DNA of 64,000 nt from Mobula hypostoma (lineage: Eukaryota). A model generated the notes under the pieces. The model searched no databases. It was given only the letters and a program-made list of their open reading frames with translations, and had not been told where the DNA came from. Below, in pieces: positions 52,401-64,000 of the stretch; the stretch's first letter is position 1, and each line of letters starts with the position of its first letter. The position numbers and the translations under genes are program-made. Location of the stretch: contig NC_086108.1 of NCBI RefSeq assembly GCF_963921235.1, positions 25,110,001 through 25,174,000 on the forward strand, in the 5' to 3' direction.

Positions 52401-52905
52401 GCTGCTTATATTTTATTGTAGATATCTCTCTTTTTCCGAACAAAGTTTCCAACATCCCTTGAAAACCATGGCTCTCTCAAACTTTTAACCTTTCCTTTCA
52501 ACCTAACAGGAACATAAAGATTCTGTACTCTCAGAATTTCACCTTTAAATGACCTCCATTTCTCTATTACATTCTTCCCATAAAACAAATTGTCCCAATC
52601 CACTCCTTCTAAATCCTTTCGCATCTCCTCAATGTTAGCCTTTCTCCAATCAAAAATCTCAACCCTGGGTCCATAATTATATTGAAGCTAATAGCATTGT
52701 GATCACTGGACCCGAAGTGCTCCCCAACAGAAACCTCCGTCACCTGACCTATCTCATTCCCTAACAGGAGATCCAACACTGCCCCTTCTCTCGTTGGTAC
52801 CTCTATGTATTGCTGCAAAAAACTATCCTGCACACATTTTACAAACTCCAAACCATCCAGCCCTTTTACAGTATGGGTTTCCCAGTCTATGTGTGGAAAA
52901 TTAAA
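49429..52905 (-). mobile_element. CR1 LINE (EN C-terminus, RT, 3'UTR), interrupted by Rex1
   Basis: FNFPHIDW, SDHN, GVPQGSVLGP, YADD; frameshifts present. Confidence 0.9.
50024..51022 (+). mobile_element. Rex1/Babar LINE, 5'-truncated, nested in CR1
   Basis: GTPQG, KFSDD, (ATGACT)n tail; TTAT duplicated at 50000-03 and 51023-26. Confidence 0.9.
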
Positions 52906-53467
52906 ATAAATTATAATGTGAACTGTTGTTCCCAATTCAGTTATAAGTATTTGTTTATTGGGTTGCATTGGTTTATTCTGCTTCTTGAACAATGCCTTCA
53001 CACAGCTGTGGCTTTCAAAGGCTTTACCAGATAATCTACCCAAACAGAAACATATCTTAAATGCTGTGCATTACAAGAATATAAGAGAGGGGAACTTATC
53101 AGCCATACCGAAAACTAAAGCGAGAGATGACAAATAAATCCTGCTTCGGGTTTGATTCGAAGAAGGAGTCTGAGAGTCTGAGTGGGAGTGCCGAGAAAGA
53201 CATTTTTGAAATTTCCGTTATTTTTTCTTCTCCAATGGCGTTCTGAGAGGCGGGACTGCGCAGGCGTGTGACGTTGGGCTGTGCAGTGCGGCAGATTTAA
53301 AAGGAACAAAGCCTCATAGAGCGGGCAGCGTAGTTTGTGGGCTGCGGAGTGAGCCGGGAGCAGAGTGAAGACTTAAGGGCTTCGGCTCACCGGGCTTAGG
53401 CGGAAGCAGGCGAGGCGAGGAAGGTTTGGCATTCATTTTCTGTTGCTATTTGAGGAGAGGGGCATTA

Positions 53468-54401
53468 TGAGTGTGAGGGCAGTTTGCTGTTCTCGGTGTC
53501 GGATGTGGGAGGACCTGGAGTCTCCAAGCCGCCCATACGTCTACATCTGCACCAAGTGCATCGAGATGCAGCTCCTAAGGGACCGCGTTACGGAACTGGA
53601 GCTGCAGCTCGATGACCTTCGTCTGGTCAGGGAGAGCGAGGAGGTGATAGAGAGGAATTTCAGGCAGGTGGTCACGCCGGGGCCACGGGAGGCAGACAAG
53701 TGGGTCACGGTTAGGAGGGGGAAGGGGAAAAGTCAGGTAATAGGGAGTATCCCGGTGGCTGTTCCCCTTAACAATAGGTACTCCTGTTTGAGTACTGTTG
53801 GGGGGGACAGCTTACCCGGGGGAAGCGACAGTGGCCGTGCCTCCGGCACAGAGTCTGGCCCTGTAGCTCAGAAGGGTAGGGCAAGGAAGAGGAGGGCAGT
53901 TGTGATAGGGGACTCGATAGTAAGGGGGTTAGATAGGCGATTCTGTGGACGCAGTCCAGAGACCCGGATGGTAGTTTGCCTCCCTGCCGCCAGGGTCCGG
54001 GATATTTCTGATCGTGTCCAAGATATCCTGAAGTGGGAGGGTGAGGAGCCAGAGGTCGTGGTACATATAGGTACCAATGACATAGGTAGGAAAGGGATGA
54101 GGTCCTGAAAGGGGAATATAGGGAGCTAGGAAGGGAGTTGAGAAAAAGGACCGCAAAGGTAGTAATCTCGGGATTACTGCCTGTGCCACGCGACAGTGAA
54201 AGTAGGAATGCGATGAGGTGGAGGATAAATGCGTGGCTGAGGGATTGGAACAGGGGGCAGGGATTCAAGTTTTTGGATCATTGGGACCTCTTTTGGCGCA
54301 GGCGTGACCTGTACAAAAAGGACGGGTTACACTTGAATCCTAGGGGGACCAATATCCTGGCAGGGAGATTAGCGGGGGCTACTGAGGTGACTTTAAACTA
54401 G
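53468..54401 (+). pseudogene. CR1 ORF1 (zinc finger, leucine zipper, SGNH esterase), one frameshift near 54095
   Basis: CSRC..CTKC, heptad repeat, GDS, VVHIGTND, DGLH; split across ORFs 53443-54108 and 54138-54401. Confidence 0.9.
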
Positions 54402-57400
54402 AATGGTTGGGGGGTAGGAATCAAATTAAAGAGGCTAGGCGTGAGGAGGTTAGTTCACAACAGAGGGATGGGAACCAGTGCAGAGAGACGGAGGGGTGTA
54501 AAGTGAGGGTAGAAGCAAAAAGTACTAAGGAGAAAAGTAAAAGTGGCAGGCCGACAAATCCAGGGCAAGCATTAAAAAGGGCCACTTTTCAACATAATTG
54601 TATAAGGGCTAAGAGAGTTGTAAAAGAGCACCTGAAGGCTTTATGTGTCAATGCAAGGAGCATTCGTAATAAGGTGGATGAATTGAAAGTGCAGATTGTT
54701 ATTAATGATTATGATATAGTTGGGATCACAGAGACATGGCTCCAGGGTGACCAGGGATGGGAGCTCAACGTTCAGGGATAGTCAATATTCAGGAGGGATA
54801 GACATGAAGGAAGGGGAGGTGGGGTGGCGTTGCTGGTTAAAGAAGAGATTAACGCAATAGAAAGGAAGGACATAAGCCGGGAAGATGTGGAATCGATATG
54901 GGTAGAGCTGCGTAACACTAAGGGGCAGAAGACGCTGGTGGGAGTTGTGTACAGGCCACCTAACAGTAGTAGTGAGGTCGGAGATGGTATTAAACAGGAA
55001 ATTAGAAATGTGTGCAATAAAGGAACAGCAGTTATAATGGGTGACTTCAATCTACATGTAGACTGGTTGAACCAAATTGGTAAAGGTGCTGAGGAAGAGG
55101 ATTTCTTGGAATGTATGCGGGATGGTTTTTTGAACCAACATGTCGAGGAACCAACTAGAGAGCAGGCTATTCTGGACTGGGTTTTGAGCAATGAGGAAGG
55201 GTTAATTAGCGATCTTGTCGTGAGAGGCCCCTTGGGTAAGAGTGACCATAATATGGTGGAATTCTTCATTAAGATGGAGAGTGACATAGTTAATTCAGAA
55301 ACAAAGGTTCTGAACTTAAAGAGGGATAACTTTGAAGGTATGAGACGTGAATTAGCTAAGATAGACTGGCAAATGACACTTAAAGGATTGACGGTGGATA
55401 TGCAATGGCAAACATTTAAAGGTTGCATGGATGAACTACAACAATTGTTCATCCCATTTTGGCAAAAGAATAAATCAAGGAAGGTAGTGCACCCGTGGCT
55501 GACAAGAGAAATTAGGGATAGTATCAATTCCAAAGAAGAAGCATACAAATTAGCCAGAGAAAGTGGCTCACCTGAGGACTGGGAGAAATTCAGAGTTCAG
55601 CAGAGGAGGACAAAGGGCTTAATTAGGAAGGGGAAAAAAGATTATGAGAGAAAACTGGCGGGGAACATAAAAACGGACTGTAAAAGCTTTTATAGATATG
55701 TAAAAAGGAAAAGACTGGTAAAGACAAATGTAGGTCCCCTGCAGACAGAAACAGGTGAATTGATTATGGCGAGCAAGGACATGGCAGATCAATTGAATAA
55801 TTACTTTGGTTCTGTCTTCACTAAGGAGGACATAAATAATCTTCCAGAAATAGTAAGGGACAGAGAGTCCAGTGAGATGGAGGAACTGAGCGAAATACAT
55901 GTTAGTAGGGAAGTGGTGATAGGTAAATTGAAGGGATTGAAGGCAGATAAATCCCCAGGGCCAGATGGTCTGCATCCTAGAGTGCTTAAGGAAGTAGCCC
56001 AAGAAATAGTGGATGCATTAGTGATAATTTTTCAAAACTCGTTAGATTCTGGACTAGTTCCTGAGGATTGGAGGGTGGCTAATGTAACCCCACTTTTTAA
56101 AAAAGGAGGGAGAGAGAAACCGGGGAATTATAGACCGGTTAGCCTAACGTCGGTGGTGGGGAAACTGCTGGAGTCAGTTATCAAGGATGTGATAACAGCA
56201 CATTTGGAAAGCGGTGAAATGATCGGACAAAGTCAGCATGGATTTGTGAAAGGAAAATCATGTCTGACGAATCTCATAGAATTTTTTGAGGATGTAACTA
56301 GTAGAGTGGATAGGGGAGAACCAGTCGATGTGGTATATTTGGATTTTCAAAAGGCTTTTGACAAGGTCCCACACAGGAGATTAGTGTGCAAACTTAAAGC
56401 ACACGGTATTGGGGGTAAGGTATTGGTGTGGGTGGAGAATTGGTTAGTAGACAGGAAGCAAAGAGTGGGAATAAACGGGACCTTTTCAGAATGGCAGGCG
56501 GTGACTAGTGGGGTACCGCAAGGCTCAGTGCTGGGACCCCAGTTGTTTACAATATATATTAATGACTTGGATGAGGGAATTAAATGCAGCATCTCCAAGT
56601 TTGCGGATGACACGAAGCTGGGTGGCAGTGTTAGCAGTGAGGAGGATGCTAAGAGGATGCAGGGTGACTTGGATAGGTTGGGTGAGTGGGCAAACTCATG
56701 GCAGATGCAATTTAATGTGGATAAATGTGAAGTTATCCACTTTGGTGGCAAAAATAGGAAAACAGATTATTATCTGAATGGTGGCCAATTAGGAAAAGGG
56801 GAGGTGCAACGAGACCTGGGTGTCATTATACACCAGTCATTGAAAGTGGGCATGCAGGTACAACAGGCGGTGAAAAAGGCGAATGGTATGCTGGCATTTA
56901 TAGCGAGAGGATTCGAGTACAGGAGCAGGGAGGTACTACTGCAGTTGTACAAGGCCTTGATGAGACCACACCTGGAGTATTGTGTGCAGTTTTGGTCCCC
57001 TAATCTGAGGAAAGACATCTTTGCCATAGAGGGAGTACAAAGAAGGTTCACCAGATTGATTCCTGGGATGGCAGGACTTTCATATGAAGAAAGACTGGAT
57101 GAACTGGGCTTGTACTCGTTGGAATTTAGAAGATTGAGGGGGGATCTGATTGAAACGTATAAGATCCTAAAGGGATTGGACAGGCTAGATGCAGGAAGAT
57201 TGTTCCCGATGTTGGGGAAGTCCAGAACGAGGGGTCACAGTTTGAGGATAGAGGGGAAGCCTTTTAGGACCGAGATTAGGAAAAACTTCTTCACACAGAG
57301 AGTGGTGAATCTGTGGAATTCTCTGCCACAGGAAACTGTTGAGGCCAGTTCATTGGCTATGTTTAAGAGGGAGTTAGATATGGCCCTTGTGGCTATGGGG

Positions 57401-57439
57401 GTCAGGGGGTATGGAGGGAAGGCTGGGACGGGTTTCTGA
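54392..57439 (+). pseudogene. CR1 ORF2 (APE endonuclease and reverse transcriptase), single in-frame TAG at 54779-54781
   Basis: NARS, ETW, GDFN, SDH, QGSVLGP, FADD; ORFs 54407-54781 and 54824-57439 share one frame. Confidence 0.92.
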
Positions 57440-58214
57440 GTTGGATGATCAGCCATGATCATAATAAATGGCGGTGTAGGCTCAAAGGGCCGAATGGCCT
57501 ACTCCTGCACCTATTTTCTATGTTTCTATGTTTCTAAACGATCATCCATTCAGTGCAAAAAAAAACCAAAATTCTTGATTTCCCTGCTTCCTCATAAAAT
57601 CTTTCCCTCTTGAGCAAGCTACTCTTTGTACAGTTAACTTTACTGCTATAAAATGAACTTCAATGAATAGACAAAGGGGTCATATCATACCACAAAATCT
57701 TATCTAAAGTTCATCCTGGAAGTAAATCTCCTCCTGCAAGAATCTTCCAAAAGTTTCCAGCTTGTGAAAAGGGCAACACCGATTCTTAGGAGTGTTTACT
57801 CTGATGATAATAAAGAATAATTGGGCTCTCCAATAGGTCTTCATTATTGATTTCATTTCATTTGTTTTTCAATTTACTTTAAATACTTCAATTATTCATC
57901 CTTTGCTTGGAATCAGTTTCCATTCAGGACACGTATGTGACTGTATTTCTCTGCCTTGCTATATTCCTTGTATTACATTTTTCAGAATGACTATTTAATC
58001 TCCCAATTGTGATCAAGGCTCAACATAAAATATTAATAAGGATTGCCTTCCCAGATGCAGTCTTTTGTTTTACTGCAAATCTTTGCAACAGGCAATGCTT
58101 GAATTTAGATTTCTCATTTTACAATTCGATTTGCTTCATTCAGTATTTACTTTGGTAAATGAAGGCAAATGTCACAGTTATTTTGCAACGTCAATGTCCT
58201 GGAAAAACAGCCAA

Positions 58215-58470
58215 TTTATTCATCAGATCAGGGATCAATATTGATATTGACAATGGTGCACAATCTCCTTTGAATAGTAACATAGCACCTTCATTCTCTA
58301 CCTGAACCAAAAAAGCAACATTGTAAACCTCAGCTTGAGGTTTCATGTGAAACTTCCCTCAGCTGGCCATTTGCTCACTCCTGCAACGAGCAAGTGCACA
58401 CTTACGTCTAATGTGTGTTACTGAAGCACACAACCTGCTGAAGTTGTGAAAGTTACTAAGTCAGTGAGAC
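58215..58470 (-). mobile_element. DeuSINE-like remnant
   Basis: AGGGATCAATATTG..TTGAATAGT..CTACCTGA..CCTCAG; degenerate match to the family at 19550. Confidence 0.45.
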
Positions 58471-58882
58471 TGGCAGCCTGTTTATGCTATTTTTTTCCTG
58501 TGTTGACCCATTATTCCTGATTGACTGCTGTGGCTGTGGTGAAAAGGAATGCTGGAAAACTGAATTAAAAGCAAAAATAGCTGAAATACTCAGAAGGGCA
58601 AGTAGCATCTATGAAGAGAGAATCAGAGGCAATTGTCTTTCATCCAAACTTTTGTAGCTGTGGTAAACACTGTATTGAAATTAACATAGCTATGTTACTT
58701 TGGTTTTGTCACCCACAAAACTGCCACTCACTGAATGTTTTCTGGTTTTCACACCTTTCTCTGTAAATCCTAGACTGCTGTGCATGAAAATCCACTTATT
58801 GCTTATCTCTATGTTGATGTATTTATGCTTTGAAGAAATTTGTAAGAATGGCGTACTGTGTCTTGATACATCTGACAATAGT

Positions 58883-59525
58883 TATGATTATGATTCTGAG
58901 GACATGCAGTCCCCTTTTATTGTCATTTAGTAATGAATGCATTAAGAAATGATAAAAATGTTTTTCCAGAATGATGTCATGAAAACACATGACAAACCGA
59001 CTTAAAAACTAACAAAAACCACATAATTATAACATATAGTTGCAACAGTGCAAAGCAATACCGTAATTTGATAAGAACAGACCATGGGGCAGTAAAAGAC
59101 TCAGAGTCTCTCGAAAGTCCCATCATCTCACGCGGACGGTAAACCTCAAGCGCCGCCAACTTGCCGATGCAGCATCCCGGAAGCATCCGACCACAGTCCG
59201 ACTCCAAGTCCGTCCGAAAAACTCTGAGCCTCCGACCACCTATTCGACATCGAGCACCATCTCTGCCAAGTATTTCGACCCCGGCCCCGGCAACAGGCGA
59301 TACGCAAAGCCAAGGATTTGGGGCCTTCGTCTCCAGAGATTCTCGATTGCACAGTAGCAGCGGCAGCAAAGCAGTCATTTCAGAAGTTTCTCCAGATCTT
59401 CCACTGCGCTTCACAGCTGTCCCCATCAAATCCGGATTGTACATGGCACCCGTAGTTACATATAACGATATTCATTTGGAACGGCCGCGTGCGTTGCGTC
59501 ACGCCGCCATCTTCTCCTCCCTCCC
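58883..59525 (-). mobile_element. Complete non-autonomous retroelement with YY1-type 5' motif and (ATCATA)n tail
   Basis: Minus strand begins GGGAGGGAGGAGAAGATGGCGGCG; CpG-rich; AATAAAA then AATCATAATCATA; TAGT on both sides. Confidence 0.7.
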
Positions 59526-59664
59526 TAGTAATTAATTGTAAATTAATTGTCACCCCAATAGTCTGCTCTTATTCATCAGCAAAGTGAGGGAATGGATAAC
59601 TGAGAGTGCTGTCAAGTGGCACTTGCATAGCAACAACCAGTTCTTAGATCAGCTTATCTTCCAT

Positions 59665-62600
59665 CATAGAACATAGAACAGTACAGCACAGTACAGGCCC
59701 TTCGGCCCACAATGTTGTGCCGACCCTCAAAACCTGCCTTCCATATAAGCCTCCACCTTAAATTCCTCCATATACCTGTCTGGCAGTCTCTTAAACTTCA
59801 CTAGTGTATCTGCCTCCACCACTGACTCAGGCAGTGCATTCCACGCATCAACCACTCTCTGAGTAAAAAACCTTCCTCTAATATCCCCCTTGAACTTCCT
59901 ACCCCTTACCTTAAAGCCATGTCCTCTTGTATTGAGCAGTGGTGCCCCGGGGAAGAGACGCTGGCTATCCACTCTATCTATTCCTCTTATGATCTTGTAC
60001 ACGTCTATCATGTCTCCTCTCATCCTCCTTCTCTCCAAAGAGTAAAGCCCTAGCTCCCTTAATCTCTGATCATCATGCATACTATCTAAACCAGGCAGCA
60101 TCCTGGTAAATCTCCTCTGTACCCTTTCCAATGCTTCCACATCCTTCCTATAGTGAGGCGACCAGAACTGGACACAGTACTCCCAGTGTGGCCTAACCAG
60201 AGTTTTATAGAGCTGCATCATTACATTGCGACTCTTAAACTCTATCTATCGACTTATGAAAGCTAACACCCCATAAGCTTTCTTAACAACCCTATCCAAC
60301 TGTGAGTCAACTTTCAGGGACCTGTGGACATGTACCCCCAGATCCCTCTGCTCCTCCACACTACCATTTATCCTGCCATTTACTTTGCACTCTGCCTTGG
60401 AGTTTGTCCTTCCAAAGTGTACCACCTCATACTTCTCTAGGTTGAACTCCATCTGCCACTTCTCAGCCCACTTCTGCATCCTATCAATGTCTCCCTGCAA
60501 TCTTTGACAATCCTCTACCCTATCTACAACACCACCAGCCTTTGTGTCATCTGCAAATTTGCCAACCCACCCTTCTACCCCCACATCCAGGTCGTTAATA
60601 AAAATCACGAAAAGTAGAGGTCCCAGAACAGATCCTTGTGGGACACCACTAATCACAATCCTCCAGTCTGAATGTACTCCCTCCACCACGACCCTCTGCC
60701 TTTTGCAGGCAAGCCAATTCTGAATCCACCTGGCCAAACTTCCCTGGATCCCATGCCTTCTGACTTTCTGAATGAGCCTACCATGTGGAACCTTGTCAAA
60801 TGCCTTACTAAAATCCATATAGATCACATCCACTGCACTACCGTCGTCTATATGCCTGGTCACCTCCTCAAAGAACTTAATCAGGCTTGCTAGACACGAT
60901 CTGCCCTTCACAAAGCCATGCTGACTGTCCCTGATCAGACCATGATTCTCTAAATGCCCAGAGATCCTATCTCTAAGAATCTTTTCCAACAGCTTTCCCA
61001 CCACAGACGTAAGGCTCACTGGTCTATAATTAACCAAACTATCCCTACTATCTTTTTTGAACAAGGGGACAACATTCACCTCCCTCCAACCCTCCAGTAC
61101 CATTCCCACGGACAACGAGGACATAAAGATCTGAGCCAGAGGCTCAGCAATCTCTTCCCTCACCTCGTGGAGCAGCCTGGGGAATATTCCGTCAGGCCCC
61201 GGGGACTTATCCATCCTAATGTAGTTTAACAACTCCAACATCTCCTCTCCCTTAATATCTACATGCTCCAGAACATCAACCTCACTCATATTGTCCTCAC
61301 CATCATCAAGTTCCCTCTCATTGGTGAACACCAAACAGAAGTATTCATTGAGGTCCTCGCTCACTTCCACAGCCTCCAGGCACATCTTCCCACCTTTATC
61401 TCTAATCGGTCCTACCTTCACTCCTGTCATTCTTCTTTTCTTCACATAATTGAAGAATGCCTTGGGGTTTTCCTTTACCCTACTCGCCAAGGCCTTCTCA
61501 TGCCCCTTCCATGCTTTCTCAGCCCCTTCTTAAGCTCCTTCCCTATATTCCTCAATAGACCCATCTGATCCCTGCTTCCTAAACCTCATGTATGCTGCCT
61601 TCTTCCACCTGACTAGATTTTCCACCTCACTTGTCACCTATGGTTCCTTCACCCTATCATTCTTTATCTTCCTCACCGGGACAAATTTATCCCTAACATC
61701 CTGCCAGAGATCTCTAAACATCGACCACATGTCCATAGTACATTTCCCCGCAAAAACATCATCCCAGTTCACACCCGCAAGTTCTAGCCTTATAGCCTCA
61801 TAATTTGCCCTTCTCCAATTAAAAATTTTCCTGTCCTTTCTGATTCTATCCTTTTAATGCTAAAGGCCAGGGAGCGGTGGACACTGTCCCCCAGATGCTC
61901 ATCCACTGAGAGATCTGTGACCTGACCCGGTTCATCACCTAGTACTAGATCTAGTATGGCATTCCCCCTAGTCGGCCTGTCCACATATTGTGACAGGAAT
62001 CTGTCCTGGACACACTTAACAAACTCTGCCCCGTCTAAACCCTTGGAACTAATCAGATGCCAATCAATATTAGGGAAGTTAAAGTCACCCATGATAGCAA
62101 CCCTGTTATTTTTGCATCTTTCCAAAATCTGCCTCCCAGTCTGCTCCTCTGTATCTCTGCTGCTACCAGGGGCCCTATAGAATACCCCCAGTAGAGTAAC
62201 TGCTCCCTTCCTGTTCCTGACTGCCACCCATACTGACTCAAAAGAGGATCCTGCTACATTACCCACCCTTTCTGTAGCTGTAATAGTATCCCTGATCAGT
62301 AATGCCACCCCTCTTCCCCTTTTTCCGCCCTTTCTATCCCTTTTAAAGCACTGAAATCCAGGAATATTGAGAATCCATTCCTGCCCTGATGCCAGCTAAG
62401 TCTCTGTAATGGCCACTACATCATAATTCCATGTATGTATCCAAGCTCTCAGTTCATCACCTTTGTTCCTGATGCTTCTTGCATTGAGGTACACACATTT
62501 CAGCCCTTCTACATTACTGTCTTTACTACTTTATTCTGCTTCTCTTTCCTCAAAGCCTCTCTGTATGTTAGATCTGGCTTTACTCCATGCACTTCTTTCA

Positions 62601-62690
62601 CTGCTCTATCGCTCTGGGTCCCACCCCCTTGCAAATTAGTTTAAAACCTCGGAACCATGCCAACGAACCTACCTGCAAGGATATTTCTAT
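59665..62690 (-). mobile_element. CR1 LINE, second subfamily, from ORF1 end to 3' tail
   Basis: EN (GDFNFP), RT 414-aa ORF, (CTATGTT)n-type tail; inserted into an older LINE RT at 59585-59664 and 62690-62975. Confidence 0.92.
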
Positions 62691-62975
62691 CCTTACAGGT
62701 AGAATATCATGGTAACTCATTTCCTGATCTCATTACAGTCTTTATCCAAACATGGGAAAAAGAGCTGAACTCCAGAGGTGAGGTGAGAGTAACCACCCAA
62801 AATAGCATTTGATTGAGTTTAGCATAAAGGAACCCTGGCTAAAGTGGAGCCAAATGGAATTAAAAGAAAAGTCTCCAATGGTTGGAATCACACCTAGTAT
62901 AAAGGAGGATGGTTGTAGTGATTAGAGGTCAATCATCTTAGCCTCTGGACACCTCTGCAGGCGTCCCTCAGGTCT
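62690..62975 (+). mobile_element. Old L2/CR1-group LINE RT fragment
   Basis: PDLITVFIQTWEKELNSRGEV...WLESHL...GVPQ. Confidence 0.65.
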
Positions 62976-63514
62976 GATGAGTTCCTACAGACTCTTCCAT
63001 AGAAGGGGAACAAGGCATCTGATGAGGTGGTTGTAAGATGGTGTGAGGTCCTTCCATTGTGTATTCAGAGTTTCTGCAGGATACCAGTGAAGGCTCTTAA
63101 GGTTGTCAACATCATTCTGAAAGCTGCTTTTCCACTTTACGGAGTCAGAGGCCAGGGAATCTCAGAAGTAATTGAGAATGTTTAATTTCTTTAAGAAGTC
63201 CTTCAGCACACCCTTAATCTTCTCCTCTTCCCTCCTAAATATCTTTGACAGAGCCCAGAACTTTGCTTGCATCAGAAGATATGTTCCTGCATACAAGCAA
63301 AGTCCTCTGCCCAATATAGCCACCTACTGACTTCTACCACCTTGAAGAACAGGAGCACCATGGTCATAGTCACATTACCATTACAAGGTCCACTCTAAGT
63401 TATTTACTATTCAAATTTGGAAATATTTCACTGGCCCTAAAATCTTGAAACTCCTCGCCAAAGAGCATTGAAGGAGTTTCATTATTAGTGGCTTATCATT
63501 ATTTTCTCAAGTGT

Positions 63515-64000
63515 AATTGGTAACAAGAGCCAGAGAAGTGATACAGTATAGGGACTCAAGTTATCCGAAGGTGGCTAGAACAGGGACCCAAGTAAGTACT
63601 GGCAGGAAGTGGAGGGCAGAGGAAGCTGTTCAGGAAGCAGAGGCGAGGCTGCATCACAGGAGGCTGGTGGGAGTGGTCACACGAGGCCGAGCTGGGCTAG
63701 GATCCTTTTCAACTCCCCAAATGGACACCAGAGGGAAGGAAAAGCGTCGTCTAGTTCAGGAGGAGATGAAAGCAGTAGTGGAGGAGATGAGAACTTGCAA
63801 GGCGGTGGGAATGAAGCAACAGGGAGCTTGGACAAGATGGGAGAATGCGGTTGAGAGGAAAGTGGCCTAGGCTGATCTTTGGAAAGCCGAACCACACCGC
63901 ATCCAATTTCTCATCCAGGAAGTGTATGATGTGCTTCCAAGCCCATGAAACCTGCACACACAGGGCAAAGCGGAGTCATCTTCGTGCCCACTGTGCTCTA
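63515..64000 (+). mobile_element. HERO-type (RLE non-LTR retrotransposon) fragment, runs off the window end
   Basis: TGRKWRAEEAV..GRAGLG..QQGAWTRWE..VYDVLPSP..CPLC. Confidence 0.8.

Larger units (their letters stand above)
53140..57536 (+). mobile_element. Near-intact full-length CR1 LINE
   Basis: CpG-rich 5'UTR, ORF1, ORF2, 3'UTR and (TTTCTATG)n tail; 5' boundary approximate. Confidence 0.95.

Noticed and set aside
54772..55548. 258-aa minus-strand ORF and similar antisense ORFs
   Set aside because: Antisense shadows of CR1/Rex1 ORF2 with no independent motifs.
62973..63010. CTGATGAG hammerhead-like core
   Set aside because: No helix II followed by GAAA and no flanking helices.
1..64000. 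CRISPR arrays, tRNA or rRNA genes, prokaryotic systems
   Set aside because: None seen; tRNA-like matches are only LTR primer-binding sites and SINE remnants.

Overview
Repeat-dominated vertebrate intergenic or intronic DNA. The repeat families suggest a cartilaginous fish, probably a ray (inference). I could not support any host protein-coding exon. Contents: many CR1 LINEs, including a near-intact full-length copy at ~53140-57536; Rex1/Babar LINE fragments, often nested in other elements; an L1 3' end; a HERO-type RLE retrotransposon fragment; two decayed Gypsy LTR elements; a Buster/Charlie hAT element with TIRs and TSD; a Tc1 end; DeuSINE-like SINEs; Penelope-type repeats carrying minimal hammerhead ribozyme motifs; and a few unique AT-rich blocks that look like enhancers. 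Main observations: (1) an 861-bp miniature LTR element (29968-30828) whose gag-pol is replaced by ~112 bp resembling the C-terminal coiled coil of SH3KBP1/CIN85, with microhomologies at both junctions; (2) CR1 ORF2 has no usable AUG and is reachable by a -1 shift at U_UUA_AAC just before the ORF1 stop, a motif also present in a second CR1 subfamily; (3) multiple minimal type I hammerhead motifs with a palindromic helix III; (4) an old inversion that splits a chromovirus and leaves a ~600-bp inverted duplication. Family assignments come from motif recognition, not database searches. Boundaries of old fragments are approximate.
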